Below are positions 59,537 through 64,000 of a stretch of DNA of 64,000 nucleotides, piece after piece. The notes under the pieces are model-generated. The model was given only the letters and a program-made list of their open reading frames with translations. It ran no database searches and was not told the origin of the DNA. The stretch's first letter is position 1. Each line of letters opens with the position of its first letter. Origin of the DNA: Salpingoeca rosetta (taxonomy: Eukaryota; Protista; Choanoflagellata); assembly GCA_033442325.1 (NCBI GenBank), contig JAWQFM010000001.1, positions 2,161,308 through 2,225,307 of the forward strand. Direction: 5' to 3'. Made by a program: the position numbers and the translations under genes.

Positions 59537-59757
59537 ACGTACACACACACACACATACACATACACACAAACACACAAACACAAACACACAAACACACAC
59601 ACAAACACACAAACACACAAACACAAACACACAAACACAAACACAAACACACACAAACACAAACACACACACGCAGGGCAAGTATGACGACCTTGACGGG
59701 TTTGTGGACGTGTCGGGGCCGGTCAACGACGACATGGACGACTACGACTTCATGTGA
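58774..59757 (+). CDS. EIF3J: Translation initiation factor eIF3j, 3' portion only
   Basis: Four in-phase exons give [78 protein letters not shown], with the typical terminal DFM. The acidic N-terminal half is absent. Confidence 0.78.
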
Positions 59758-60044
59758 ACACCACCAGTTGCACCAGCCCTCGTGAACCCTTTACCGTCTT
59801 GCCATTGCTGTCCACACACGCACACATACGTTGTCGCTTCCTACTGCGTCTCTCGCGTAATTCGTTGTTGTAGTCGTCGATTGGTTGATTGGTGGCGAGT
59901 GGGTACAAAGTTGCTTGTCTTCCTTGATGTGAATGGCACATACGACCGTGATGCACCAAGCACTGAAATTCAGCAGTGCACAACCACAATCCTAGCGCAA
60001 CCGCATTCCTCCAACAACAGCTGTGTGTGTGTGTGTGTGTGTGC

Positions 60045-60077
<33 letters not shown>

Positions 60078-60381
60078 ATGCGTTGGCGTTGACGTGCTTG
60101 CTTGATGGGTGATGTTGCTGCTTTCTGGGCACATACAAGAGGAACCAAAGACAAACAACGACACAAAGGGCACACTAGCAACAGGCAAGCAAGAAAGGAA
60201 GAAAGAGACATGCGTGCAAACTCACGCACATACACGTATACGTACAACACGTGGCAAGCAGAGGCGGTCATCACAGTGTGGACAGCCAGTAGAGCCGGGG
60301 TTTGGGATAGAGGGGTAGGAGCAAGTGCACTAGGGGTCAGCAGGAAAGGCAACATGCACCATTACACGTGAATGGACAGCT

Positions 60382-62350
<1,969 letters not shown>

Positions 62351-62655
62351 GGTTGGTTGAGGGGGATAGGGTGCGTGTTGTCTCTACTTGTTTGAGTGGT
62401 GGGTGCTGTCTGTGCTTGGTTGGTCTCGCTCTTGTCGCTGCTGCTGGCACACTGGCTGGCTCGATAACTAACTGGTTGTGGAAAAAAGACGGAAGAAGAC
62501 AAGACTGGTTGCATGCAGCGCAGCGGTCGCCGCCGACGGTTTTTTTTGCTGCAGAGAAAGGAAAGGAAAAGTGTTGTGCATGTGCCGGGAAATTTAAACC
62601 GCTTCAACGGAATTGCACACTTTGATCAGCACAGCAAGAGGAGAGAAGTTCAAAG

Positions 62656-64000
<1,345 letters not shown>

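Overview
Gene-dense, intron-rich eukaryotic DNA in which most introns and spacers are filled with (TG)n/(CA)n and other microsatellites, so most entries in the supplied ORF track are spurious. Style and gene content suggest a choanoflagellate such as Salpingoeca rosetta (inference). By hand-splicing GT-AG exons I can support about 19 protein-coding loci. In order: a partial single-pass membrane protein, a WD40 protein, a CSPP1/CCDC66-motif protein, a catalytically degenerate PI-PLC-like protein, an LRR receptor TKL kinase, a class I aminotransferase, CELF, RPGRIP1L, a TBC Rab-GAP, a 91-aa ASDURF-like prefoldin microprotein, ceramide synthase, a REXO-type exonuclease, ataxin-10, a short VPS72/YL1, a sulfotransferase-like/O-fucosyltransferase fusion, 3' halves only of RPC4 and eIF3j, NTF2 and a GNAT acetyltransferase. 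Most are arranged as head-to-head pairs, and there are three 100-N gaps. Most notable: (1) a free-standing three-exon ASDURF-like gene invisible in the ORF track; (2) a gap-free junction near 58745 joining two headless housekeeping genes back to back; (3) a predicted Golgi sulfotransferase-fucosyltransferase fusion; (4) a myristoylated pseudo-PLC divergently paired with an LRR receptor kinase; (5) a ~285-nt compositionally alien island inside a TG tract. All family calls come from remembered motifs, not database searches.
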